A stretch of 64,000 bases of DNA from Mobula hypostoma (Eukaryota), in contig NC_086101.1 in the NCBI RefSeq assembly GCF_963921235.1, positions 9,674,001 to 9,738,000 on the forward strand. The letters run 5' to 3'. The notes beneath the pieces were generated by a model, which searched no databases, had not been told where the DNA came from, and saw nothing but the letters and a program-made list of their open reading frames with translations. Positions 1 through 10,620 of this stretch are shown piece by piece (position 1 is the stretch's first letter; every line of letters begins with the position of its first letter). Position numbers and translations under genes: made by a program.

Positions 1-1924
1 TATGCCCCAATATTTCAGAAAGCAAAAGTGTACAGCAGGAATACTGCAGAGATAGTATCTTAGAGTGATAGAGAACTACAGTCAGAAACTTGCCATTTGG
101 CCCAGCTAGATCATGCCAAACTATCATTCTGCCTCACTCTATTGACCTGCAACCCCTTCCCATCCATGTACCTATGCAAATTTCTCTTCAGTGTTGAAGT
201 AGAACTTGTTTCCAGCACATCCACTGGCAGCTCGTTCCACCCTCTCACCATCCTCTGAGTGAAGATCAAAGCCCCTAGGTCGATCAGAAATCCAGAGCTC
301 GAGGCCCAAATGGCCGGAGTGATCAGAGATGCAGACGTAATTATTTATCACATGTACATTGAAACTTACAGTAAAATGTGCTGTTTGCATTGACAGCAAA
401 CGGATGAGCAGGGGGCAGCCCACAGGTGTCACCACACATCCCGTGCCACCTAGATCACACAGTTTGACACACCCTGCACATGGGCTGCTTGTCCCACTCC
501 CATCCAGGAGAAGGCTGCAGGTCCACCACTCAGAAACAGTGTCTTTCCTCAAGCAGTAAGGCTGATCGACACCTCCACCCACTAACTCACCCTCCTCAGC
601 CCCAACCACCACTACTTTATGATTTCCTAACAGAGTCACCTAATGCGCATACACTCCTGTGCCTAAGGATTCAAAGATTTAAGTACATTTACTATCCAAA
701 TATGCTTACAGAATACATCTCTGGGATTCATTCTTCCAAATGCAGCCACTCTATGAGGCTCTATGGAAACTCTGTGGGACCCGTTCAAAGAAAACATCAG
801 ACTCCCCCCAAATGTGCACAAAGAGAACAAATTGTGCAAATGGAAAAAAGCGAGAGAACACATAGAATAAAGTAACATCAAGCCAAGGGTCCAGGAGAAT
901 CACTTTGGTTCAGTTTAATTCCACTCCACTAGCCGAGTACAGCCTGCAGAGCAAGTCTTCACCAAGATACCCCCTCCTCACCGATCGCTCCAATCAAACC
1001 ATTCAAAAACAGAAAAAAAGAGCACTCAGAATCAGAAATACTTGCAATATGAACTGCAAAGTACCCCAAAACAATTCCATAGCTACGAGCCTCGCTGAAC
1101 AACATGGAGCCTAAGTCTCCTGCAATTCCTTCCAACCGCAGCTAGCAAGAGGCAAAGGACAACTGGTCAAATGCAGGCCAACAGTGCCGCACACCTGCCC
1201 ATCCCCCATTCTCATCTTCAACGACTTCAACTTCGCTTCACGCGTCAATCGAAGAGGAGCGTGGGCTCACTTTCCGCGTCCAGGCTCCCAGGCTTCCAGA
1301 CCTCCAGACCGCAGACCCCACCCCCAGCTTTGCCTTCGGAGACAACAAATCACTCAATCAGCCCAAAAGCAACACCACCCAGATGTAATTCACAGGTTCC
1401 AATGGCACATAGCTGAGTTGTAGAAACGTGTTTCAAAGAAGAAGTAAAAGAAGTTTGAACTGCTGGCAGGTTGTTGCTGGTGGAACGCAGTGGGTGGAGC
1501 AGCATCTGAGGGAGCCCTGGAGCCAGCAGTGATAACTTCAGTCACACCAACACTGAACTGTTCCACAATCTATGCACCCGCTTTCACGGGCTCATCATCT
1601 CATGCTCCCCATAGTTATTGCTGATTTATTTATTTTTATTATTTTGTTTGTTTTGTTTTTCTTTTTTATATCAGCACAGTCCGTTTTTTGCACATTGGTT
1701 GTGCGTCCACCTTGTTGTGCGGAGTCTTTCATTAATTCTATCGTGTTTCATTGTGCTTACTGTGAATGCCCACAAGAGATCAATCCCAGGGTTGTATATG
1801 GTGACAAACATGTACTTTGGTAACAAATTTACTTTGAACTTTGATCTGGAGTCAGAGTTTCAACTCTCTAATTGTCAGTTTGCCTGACTCTCTGAGTTCC
1901 TACAGTCTTGTGCTTACTGATATA

Positions 1925-2230
1925 AAAAATATTCTACACCACTGTACATTAGGGGCGATTGCACAGGAATGAAATAAGTTGCAGACTTGTAAGATTAGTC
2001 TGCTCCATCATGCGCACTAGCCTCCATAGTATCCAGGATATCGTCAAGGAGCAGTGACTCTAACAGGCAGCGTCCATCATTAAGGACCCCCATCACCCAC
2101 GACATGCCCTCTTCTCCTTGTTAACATCAGGAAGGAGACACAGACACCCAAGGACACTCCCTCTGCAATTCAGGAACAACCTTATCCCCTCTGCCATCTG
2201 ATTTCTGAATGAACATTGAACCCACGAACA
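1925..2230 (+). mobile_element. Decayed Rex1-like non-LTR 3' fragment
   Basis: catcattaaggacccccatcaccca...catgccctcttctc motif shared with the copies near 7640 and 44450. Confidence 0.6.
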
Positions 2231-2234
2231 TGAC

Positions 2235-2735
2235 CTGGAGAGAGCCCAGAGGATTTCACAAGGATGATTCCGGGAGTAAAGGGGTTAACATATGACGAGC
2301 ATTTGACAGCTTTGGGCCTGTACTCAGTGGAACTTAGAAGTATGTGGCGGGCGGGGGGGCGCGAATCTCATTGAAACCTACCAAATGTTGAAAGGGCTAG
2401 ATAGGGTGGATGTGGAGAGGATGTTTCCTGTGTTGGGGGTATCCAGAACTAGAGAGCACAGCCTCAAAACAGAGACGTGACCTTTTAGAACAGAGATAAG
2501 GAGGAATTTTTTTTAATCAGAGAGTATTGGCCACAGGCTGTGGTGGAGGCCAATTCTGTGGGTATATTTAAGGTGGAAGTTGATAGTTTCAAGGTTGGTC
2601 ATTCATTCTAAGGTTATAGCAAGAAGGCAAGTGTGTGGGTTTAAGTAGGATCTGGGATCAGCTATGATTTGATGGTGGAACAGATTCGATGGCCTGAATT
2701 GCTTAATTCTGCTCCTATGTCTTGTGGTCTCATGG
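2235..2735 (+). mobile_element. Decayed CR1 LINE 3' fragment
   Basis: Similar to the 3' ends of the CR1 ORF2 copies elsewhere in the window. Confidence 0.75.
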
Positions 2736-3224
2736 TCTTCTGCTCTAATTTTTTTAATTCAATTTATTTGCACTAATTATTTAATATATACGTCCTTACC
2801 ATAGTTTACAGTTTATTCTCTATTATTATGTATTCCTCTGTTATATGTTAACTTCTAAGGCTGCCAAAAAGTTAACAAATTTCAGAACATATACGGAGGA
2901 TATTAAACCTGATTCTGATAGGTGATCGGGGGTATTGATATATAACAAAATATTTACAAATCTACCTTGTTATGGTTTTGCACCTGACTGTCTGTCTGCA
3001 TGGCTCTTTCTCTGCACATGTAACATGTCATTCTGCATTCTGTAAATGCCTTTCTTTGTGCTGCCACGATGCATGCTTGGAATTCTTTGAGGAGATTATA
3101 TTTGGACTTTCAGAAGGCCTTTGAAAAGATGCCACAAATGAGGCTGCTTACTAAGTTAAGACCGCATGGTATTACAGGAAATTTACTGACATGGATAGAG
3201 AATTAGCTGATTGGTAGGAGGCAG

Positions 3225-5135
3225 AAACATAGAAAGCCTACAGCACAATACAGGCCCTTTGGCCCACAAAGTTGTGCCAAACATGTCCCTACCTTAAAAA
3301 TTACTAGGCTTACCTATAGCACTCTATTTTTCTAAGCTCCATGTACCTATCCAAAAGTCTCTTAAAAGGCCTTATCGTATCCGCCTCCACCACCGTTGCT
3401 GGCAGCCCATTTCACGCACTCACCACTCTCTGCGGAAAAAGCATACCCCTGACATCTCCTCTGTACCTGCTTCCAAGCACCTTAAAACTGTGACCTCTTG
3501 TGGCAACCATTTCAGCCCCAGGAAAAGCCTCTGACTATCCTCACGACCAATGCCTCTCATCATCTTATACACCTCTATCAGGTCACCTCTCATGCTCCAT
3601 CGCTCCAAGGAGAAAAGGCCAAGTTCACTCAACCTATTCTCATAAAGCATGTTCCCCAATCCAGCCAACATCCTTGTAAGTCTCCTCTGCACCCTTTCTA
3701 TGGCTTCCACATCCTTCCTGTAGTGAGGCAACCAGAACTGAGCACAGTACTCCAAGAGGCGTCTGACCAGGGTCCTATATAGCTGCAACATTACCTCTCA
3801 GCTTCTAAATTCAATTCCATGATTGATGAAGGCTAATGCACTGTATGCCTTCTTAACCACAGAGTCAACCTGTGCAGCTGCTTTGAGTATCCTATGGACT
3901 TGGACCCCAAGATCCCTCTGATCCTCCACACTGCCAAGAGTCTTACCATTAATACTACAAATGTTTGTATATTCTGCCATCATATTTGACCGACCAAAAT
4001 GAACCACTTCACACTTATCTGGGTTGAACCCCATCTGCCACTTCTCAGCCCAGTTTTGCATCCAATCAATGTCCCGCTGTAACCTCTGATAGCCCTCCAC
4101 ACTATCCACAACACCTCCAACCTTTGTGTCGTCAGCAGACTTACTAACCCATCCCTCCACTTCCTCATCCAGGTCATTTATAAAAATCACAAAGATTAAG
4201 GGTCCCAGAACAGATCCCTGAGGCACTCCACTGGTCACCGAACTCCATGCAGAATATGACCCATCTACAACCACTCTTTGCCTTCTGTGGACAAGCCAGG
4301 TCTGGATCCACAAAGCAATGTTGCCTTCGATCCCATGCCTCCTTACTTTCTCAATAAGCCTTGCATGGGTTACCTTATCAAATGCCTTGCTGAAATCCAT
4401 ATACACTACATCTACTGCTCTTCCTTCATCAATGCGTTTAGTCACATCCTCAAAAAAATTCAATCAAGCTCGTAAGGCACGACCTGCCCTTGACAAAGTC
4501 ATGCTGACTATTCCTAATCATATTATACCTCTCTAAATGTTCATAAATCCTGCCTCTCAGGATCTTCTCCATCAACTTACTAACCACTGAGTTAAGACTC
4601 ACTGGTCTATAATTTCCTGGGCTATCTCTACTAAATTTCTTGAATAAAGGAACAACATCCACAACCCTCCAATCCTCCGGAACCTCTCCTGTCCCCACTG
4701 ATGATACAAAGATCATTGCCAGAGGCTCAGCAATCTCCTCCCTCGACTGCGCTGTAGCCTGGGGTACATCTCGTACGGTCCTAGAAACTTATCCAACTTG
4801 ATGCTTTCCAAAAGCTCCATCACATCCTCTTTCTTAATATCTACATGCTCAAGCTTTTCAGTCCACTGCAAGTCATCACTACAATCGCCAAGATCCTTTT
4901 CTATAGTGAATACTGAAGTAAAGTATTCATTAAGTATCTCTGTTATTTCCCCTAGTTCCATACATACTTTCCCACTGTCACACTTGATAGGTCCTATTCT
5001 TTCACATCTTATCCTCTTGCTCTTCACATACTTGTAGAATGCCTTGGGGTTTTCCTTAATTCTGCCCACCAAGGCCTTCTCATGGCCCCTTCTGGCTCTC
5101 TTAATTTCCTTCTTAAGCTCCTTCATATTCACCTT
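3225..5135 (-). mobile_element. CR1 LINE with frameshifted RT; continues at about 6604-6700
   Basis: ORFs 3420-5132 carry NYRPVSL, YMDFSKAFDKV, GVPQGSVLGP and ADD motifs; tail near 3225. Confidence 0.9.
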
Positions 5136-5136
5136 A

Positions 5137-6603
5137 GGAGGGTGGCTAATGTAACCCCAATTTTTAAAAAAGGAGGAAGAGAGAAACCGGGGAATTATAG
5201 ACCGGTTAGCCTAACATCGGTGGTGGGGAAACTGCTGGAGTCAGTTATCAAGGATGTGATAACAGCACATTTGGAAAGCGGAGAAATGATCGGACAAAGT
5301 CAGCATGGATTTGTGAAAGGAAAATCATGTCTGACGAATCTCGTAGAATTTTTTGAGGATGTAACTAGTAGAGTGGATAGGGGAGAACCAGTGGATATGG
5401 TATATTTGGATTTTCAAAAGGCTTTTGACAAGGTCCCACACAGGAGATTAGTGTGCAAACTTAAAGCACACGGTATTGGGGGTAAGGTATTGGTGTGGGT
5501 GGAGAATTGGTTAGCAGACAGGAAGCAAAGAGTGGGAATAAAGGGGACCTTTTCAGAATGGCAGGCGGTGACTAGTGGGGTACCGCAAGGCTCAGTGCTG
5601 GGACCCCAGTTGTTTACAATATATATTAATGACTTGGATGAGGGAATTAAATGCAGCATCTCCAAGTTTGCGGATGACACGAAGCTGGGTGGCAGTGTTA
5701 GCAGTGAGGAGGATGCTAAGAGGATGCAGGGTGACTTGGATAGGTTGGGTGAGTGGGCAAATTCATGGCAGATGCAATTTAATGTGGATAAATGTGAAGT
5801 TATCCACTTTGGTGGCAAAAATAGGAAAACAGATTATTATCTGAATGGTGGCCGATTAGGAAAAGGGGAGGTGCAACGAGACCTGGGTGTCATTATACAC
5901 CAGTCATTGAAAGTGGGCATGCAGGTACAGCAGGCGGTGAAAAAGGCGAATGGTATGCTGGCATTTATAGCGAGAGGATTCGAGTACAGGAGCAGGGAGG
6001 TACTACTGCAGTTGTACAAGGCCTTGGTGAGACCACACCTGGAGTACTGTGTGCAGTTTTGGTCCCCTAGTCTGAAGAAAGACATCTTTGCCATAGAGGG
6101 AGTACAAAGAAGGTTCACCAGATTGATTCCTGGGATGGCAGGACTTTCATATGAAGAAAGACTGGATGAACTGGGCTTGTACTCGTTGGAATTTAGAAGA
6201 TTGAGGGGGGATCTGATTGAAACGTATAAGATCCTAAAGGGATTGGACAGGCTAGATGCAGGAAGATTGTTCCCGATGTTGGGGAAGTCCAGAACGAGGG
6301 GTCACAGTTTGAGGATAGAGGGGAAGCCTTTTAGGACCGAGATTAGGAAAAACTTCTTCACACAGAGAGTGGTGAATCTGTGGAATTCTCTGCCACAGGA
6401 AACTGTTGAGGCCAGTTCATTGGCTATGTTTAAGAGGGAGTTAGATATGGCCCTTGTGGCTACAGGGGTCACGGGGTATGGAGGGAAGGCTGGGGCGGGG
6501 TTCTGAGTTGGATGATCAGCCATGATCATAATAAATGGTGGTGCAGCTCGAAGGGCCGAATGGCCTACTCCTGCACCTATTTTCTATGTTTCTATGTTTC
6601 TAT
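5137..6603 (+). mobile_element. Young 5'-truncated CR1 LINE with open RT frame and (TTTCTATG)n tail
   Basis: ORF 5082..6506 with FADD; near-identical to 53280-54750. Confidence 0.95.
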
Positions 6604-6809
6604 GATCTTCTAGATCTCTAACATTACCTAGCTCTCTAAACCTTTTGTAAGCTTTTCTTATCTTCTTGACTAGATTTATTACAGCCTTTGTACACCATGG
6701 TGTCTCAGTACCTGTGACAATAATAAACCAATTTAACAATTTAGAAAGTTAGTGACTGGTAGAAATTGGGTTAAAAAATCGATTCTGGCCCCAACACACT
6801 GTTGCAATT

Positions 6810-7085
6810 ATAATGAGAATGGGAATAAAAGGATCATTTTCTGGTGGCTGCCAAAGACTAGTGGTGATCCATAGGGTTCGGTGTTGGGAGCATTTATTTT
6901 CATGCTGTTTATTTAGATGTTGGAATAGGTGGCTTTGTTGCCAAGTTTGCAGATGATATGAAGATTGATAGAGGGCAGGTAGTGTTGAGGAAACAGGTAG
7001 GCTGCAGAAGGACTTAGACAGATTAAGAGAATGGGCAAGAAAGTGATGTATGAAATACAATGTTGGAAAATGCATGGTCATACGG
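6810..7085 (+). mobile_element. Decayed CR1 RT fragment, apparent continuation of about 3075-3224
   Basis: gccaagtttgcagatgat (KFADD) and collinearity with the 3075-3224 piece. Confidence 0.7.
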
Positions 7086-7825
7086 GAGAACCTGATCATT
7101 AAATTTGCTGATGATACCACAGTGGTGGGGCTCATCAGCAAAAATGATGAAACAATGTACAGGGAGGAGGTCAAACACCTGGAGAGCTGGTGCAGTGATA
7201 ACAACTTGATGCTTAATGGCACCAAAACCAAGGAGATGATCGTCGATTTCAGACGGTCTCAGCCTGAGCACACACTCCTCAGCATCAGCGGCTCCACAGT
7301 GGAGAGAGTGGAAAACATCAAGCTCCTTGGGGTGCAGATCTCGGACAATCTCACCTGGTCCAGGAACACCACTGGGATTGTGAAACAGGCCCAGCAGAGA
7401 TTGCACTTTCTGAGGAAGCTTAAACAAGCATCACTCCCCACTAACGTCTTAACTACATTCTACAGAGGCGTGGTTGAGAGTGTGCTGACCTTTTGCATCA
7501 CAACCTGCTACTCCACCTGCAGTGCTGTCGACAAAAAAGCCTTGCAGAGGGTGGTTAGGGGAGCAGAGAAGGTTATTGGGGTCTGCCTACCTTCTGTCCA
7601 AGACCTCTTTCACAGTCAATGCCTCCAGAAGACACGGTACATCATTAAAGACCCCTCACACCCTCTCCATGAACTGTTTGTTCTTCTGCCATCAGGGAAA
7701 CATTACAGGAGCATCAAAACTAAAACCACAAGGTTACTAAACAGCTTCCTCCCACAGGCAGTCAGACTGCTAAATAGCTGCTCTACCTGACTCTGCTTTT
7801 GGACACTTTTAACTTGCACTGGACA
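7086..7825 (+). mobile_element. Rex1/Babar-like non-LTR retrotransposon, RT C-terminal part
   Basis: IKFADDTTVVGLI, TKEMIVDFRR, QQRLHFLRKL and HPLHELF in ORF 7050..7790. Confidence 0.88.
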
Positions 7826-8145
7826 CATAGAACATAGAACATAGAATAGTACACCACAGTACAGGCCCTTCGGCCCACAATGTTGTGCCGACCCTCAAAC
7901 CCTGCCTCCCATATAAGCCCCCACCTTAAATTCCTCCATATACCTGTCTAGTAGTCTCTTAAACTACACTAGTGTATCTGCCTCCACTACTGACTCAGGC
8001 AGTGCATTCCATGAACCAACCACTCTCTGAGTAAAAAACCTTCCTCTAATATCCCCCTTGAACTTCCCACCCCTTACCTTAAAGCCATGTCCTCTTGTAC
8101 TGAGCAGTGGTGCCCTGGGGAAGAGGCGCTGGCTATCCACTCTAT
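7826..8145 (-). mobile_element. CR1 3' end inserted in the Rex1 tail
   Basis: (CATAGAA)n tail followed by CR1 3' sequence. Confidence 0.75.
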
Positions 8146-9834
8146 CTATTTATTATCACTTATAACTTGATTTTAACTGACATGTGGCTGTTTTGTTTTA
8201 CTATTTATTGTTATGTTTATTATTTAGTGTTGCATTTGTTATGTTATGATTGCACTACTCCTGGAAAACGCTATCTCATTCTGTCCTGCAGAGCTGATGT
8301 ATGGTTAGAATGACAATAAAGTTTTTTGAATCTTTGAATCTTTGAATCTTTTTAGAGGGAGCATTGAATCCATGTATATAAGCTATCTTATGTATTTATA
8401 TTTATTGTGTTTTTATTATTATGGCGTTATCTTATTGTGTTTGTGCTGCATTGGATCTGGAGTAAAAATGATCTCATTCTCCTTAACACTGAGTACTGGA
8501 ATGACATTGAACAATAATATACAATCCTTGTGCATTATAATCCATCGCAATTTCATGTCTTTGCACTGCACTCATTACTTCCTCTCTCTTTTGCACTGCA
8601 CTGCTGACATAAAACAACTAATTTCACTAAGTATGCGATCGTGAGAGTAAACCTGATCCTGAAACCAAGATCAGTGAATGCTGGAAATTTTCAACAGTCC
8701 ACGTTAATAGAGAACCAGAAACAAGATGAAGAATACTTCAGAAATCTAAAAGTGCAGAAGAAACAGAAAGTGGGGAATTCTCACCAGATCAGGCAGCATT
8801 CTGTGGAGTGAGGCACAGAAACACGGAGATCAAGTAGACTGTTTCGAACTCCACAAATGTCACCTGCCCTGCTCAGTATCTGATCTTGGTACTGATCTCT
8901 TCGTAGTTTGCCAAGAGCAATCGTGCCCACGTCAAAGGACACGGCACATACGACCGATCTTTTTATTGTAGTCATGCGTGCCGAGATACAGTGAAAAGCT
9001 TGCCTTGTCTGTTCACACAGATCAGACAGAGTGCTCCAAGTTAGAACAAAGTAAACAACAACAATGCAGAATAAAGTGTAAGCGCTCCAGAGGAAGTGCA
9101 GTGCGAGTAAACAGTAAGATGCAAGATATATGGACATGCTATGTTGGTACCGGAACAGTGTGACGACGCTGCCCCAGCACATCGTTAGGTTGTGATAGTT
9201 ATGAGAATCTGGTTTAATATCACTGGCATATATCGTGAAATTTGTTGGCTTGCGGCAGCAGTTCAGTACAATACATAATTTTAAAATCTATAAATAACAA
9301 TAAGAAATATACACATATAATTAAATTTAATACGTAGTGCAAAAGAGTGCAAATTGGTTCATTTTCGAAGTCCATGTGATGAATAAATCAATCTGAATCT
9401 GAAACAATACGAGGTTGTCTGTGAGATCAAATGGCCCTCTTATCGTGCAAGAGATCGGTACCGAATTCAGTAACACCGGGATAACATATCCCCTGTGGAG
9501 ATTTTTTTTTTAATTTTCAGTTTTGCAGTGTTTTTTTTTATTTCCAAATATATATAGCCCTTCCTCCTTTTATCTCGATGCTCTTTCTGGGATCTTGCTG
9601 TGTACCCGTTTCCCTGTTCGATCCTGTCATATCAAGCGACTGGCAAATCTCGCTACGTCTTGGAACTGCCGTCTCACGTGGTTCCTGGGACTGGGGCTAT
9701 GTGTTACCTGTGAAAGAAGTTTGTGAAACTGCTCATTGGGTTAAATTTAGAAAAGCAGGCTCCCCCAACTCTCCGAGCTATCGCTTTCAGCTGATGGCTT
9801 CTTTCGCTTTATTTTCCAGTGCAGTTCGACTGCT

Positions 9835-9914
9835 GGGTAATTTCCCCTGCCATTGCATCACCTGTATGAGGCGTGTTATCCGTCTGTGTGTGTGGATCGT
9901 CGGCTTTATATAGA
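9835..9914 (+). promoter_or_regulatory. Proximal promoter of paralog A: kappaB-like GGGTAATTTCCCC (9835-9847), ATTGCATCA (9852-9860), TATA box (about 9906-9913)
   Basis: Motifs read directly; TATA lies about 80 nt upstream of the ATG in a CpG-rich region. Confidence 0.7.
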
Positions 9915-9993
9915 GCTGCTTTCACATGACCAAGTCGCACACAACGAAGTCAAGGCGCCGAAAACATAAGGCAGAACAAGACTCGGACAAATC

Positions 9994-10167
9994 ATGAGCA
10001 AGGAGACATTACTGGACCCTGAGAGCGGGAACATCGTCGTCATCCGAGAGACCAAGGCCAAGAGGGATTGCTTCTGGCCAACGCTCTGCGCTCTGGCCAT
10101 ACTCGGCTTGGTCGCAGTCATCTCTTTCTTGGTCCTGTGTCAACTGAGGGGGCTCCCGACGCAACAG
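9994..10167 (+). CDS. TNF: TNF paralog A exon 1 (cytoplasmic tail and transmembrane helix, 58 codons)
   Basis: ATG at 9994 downstream of a TATA box; ends CAG|GTAGGT; homologous to exon 1 of paralog B. Confidence 0.92.
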
Positions 10168-10577
10168 GTAGGTAGACGGCTGCGAGATGCTGGGTGCTGG
10201 GTGCTGGGAGCAGTTCGATCGAGCGCGGCGGACGTTTTCTCACCACTTTTTGGAGATAGGGCTGTGGACGCGGGGTCGCGCACCGGCTGCAGCTCCGGAC
10301 ATGTTATGACCCCCTTGCTTCTCTTTTCAGAAAACTGACGCTTCCGAGCTGCAGAAGTTGGAGGAGACTTCAGCCGATGGAGGTAGGTATTTCTCTCCCC
10401 CCACCATTTTATCTCCATTCATCCGTCCTGCATTCCCAGTCTCCTGCAACTCTTGGCTGTGAAACTCCGCTCTCGCATTCCGCTACCGCTATTACTTCTG
10501 CATCTTTCGACAACCTCCGGCGTTATTAGCCTTCGATCTCCCAACTCTCACTCTTTCTCTCTCCATCTATCTGTCTA

Positions 10578-10620
<43 letters not shown>

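Noticed and set aside
172..1900. Short overlapping ORFs at the window start
   Set aside because: Patchwork of decayed repeat tails; no recognisable domain or splice pattern
8772..8782. GGGGAATTCTC kappaB-like site upstream of gene A
   Set aside because: Appears to lie in a decayed Penelope-type repeat body; no supporting conservation
10168..10338. Read-through of the exon-1 ORFs (9994..10338 and 35059..35358)
   Set aside because: Similarity between paralogs stops exactly at the GT donor; the rest is intron 1
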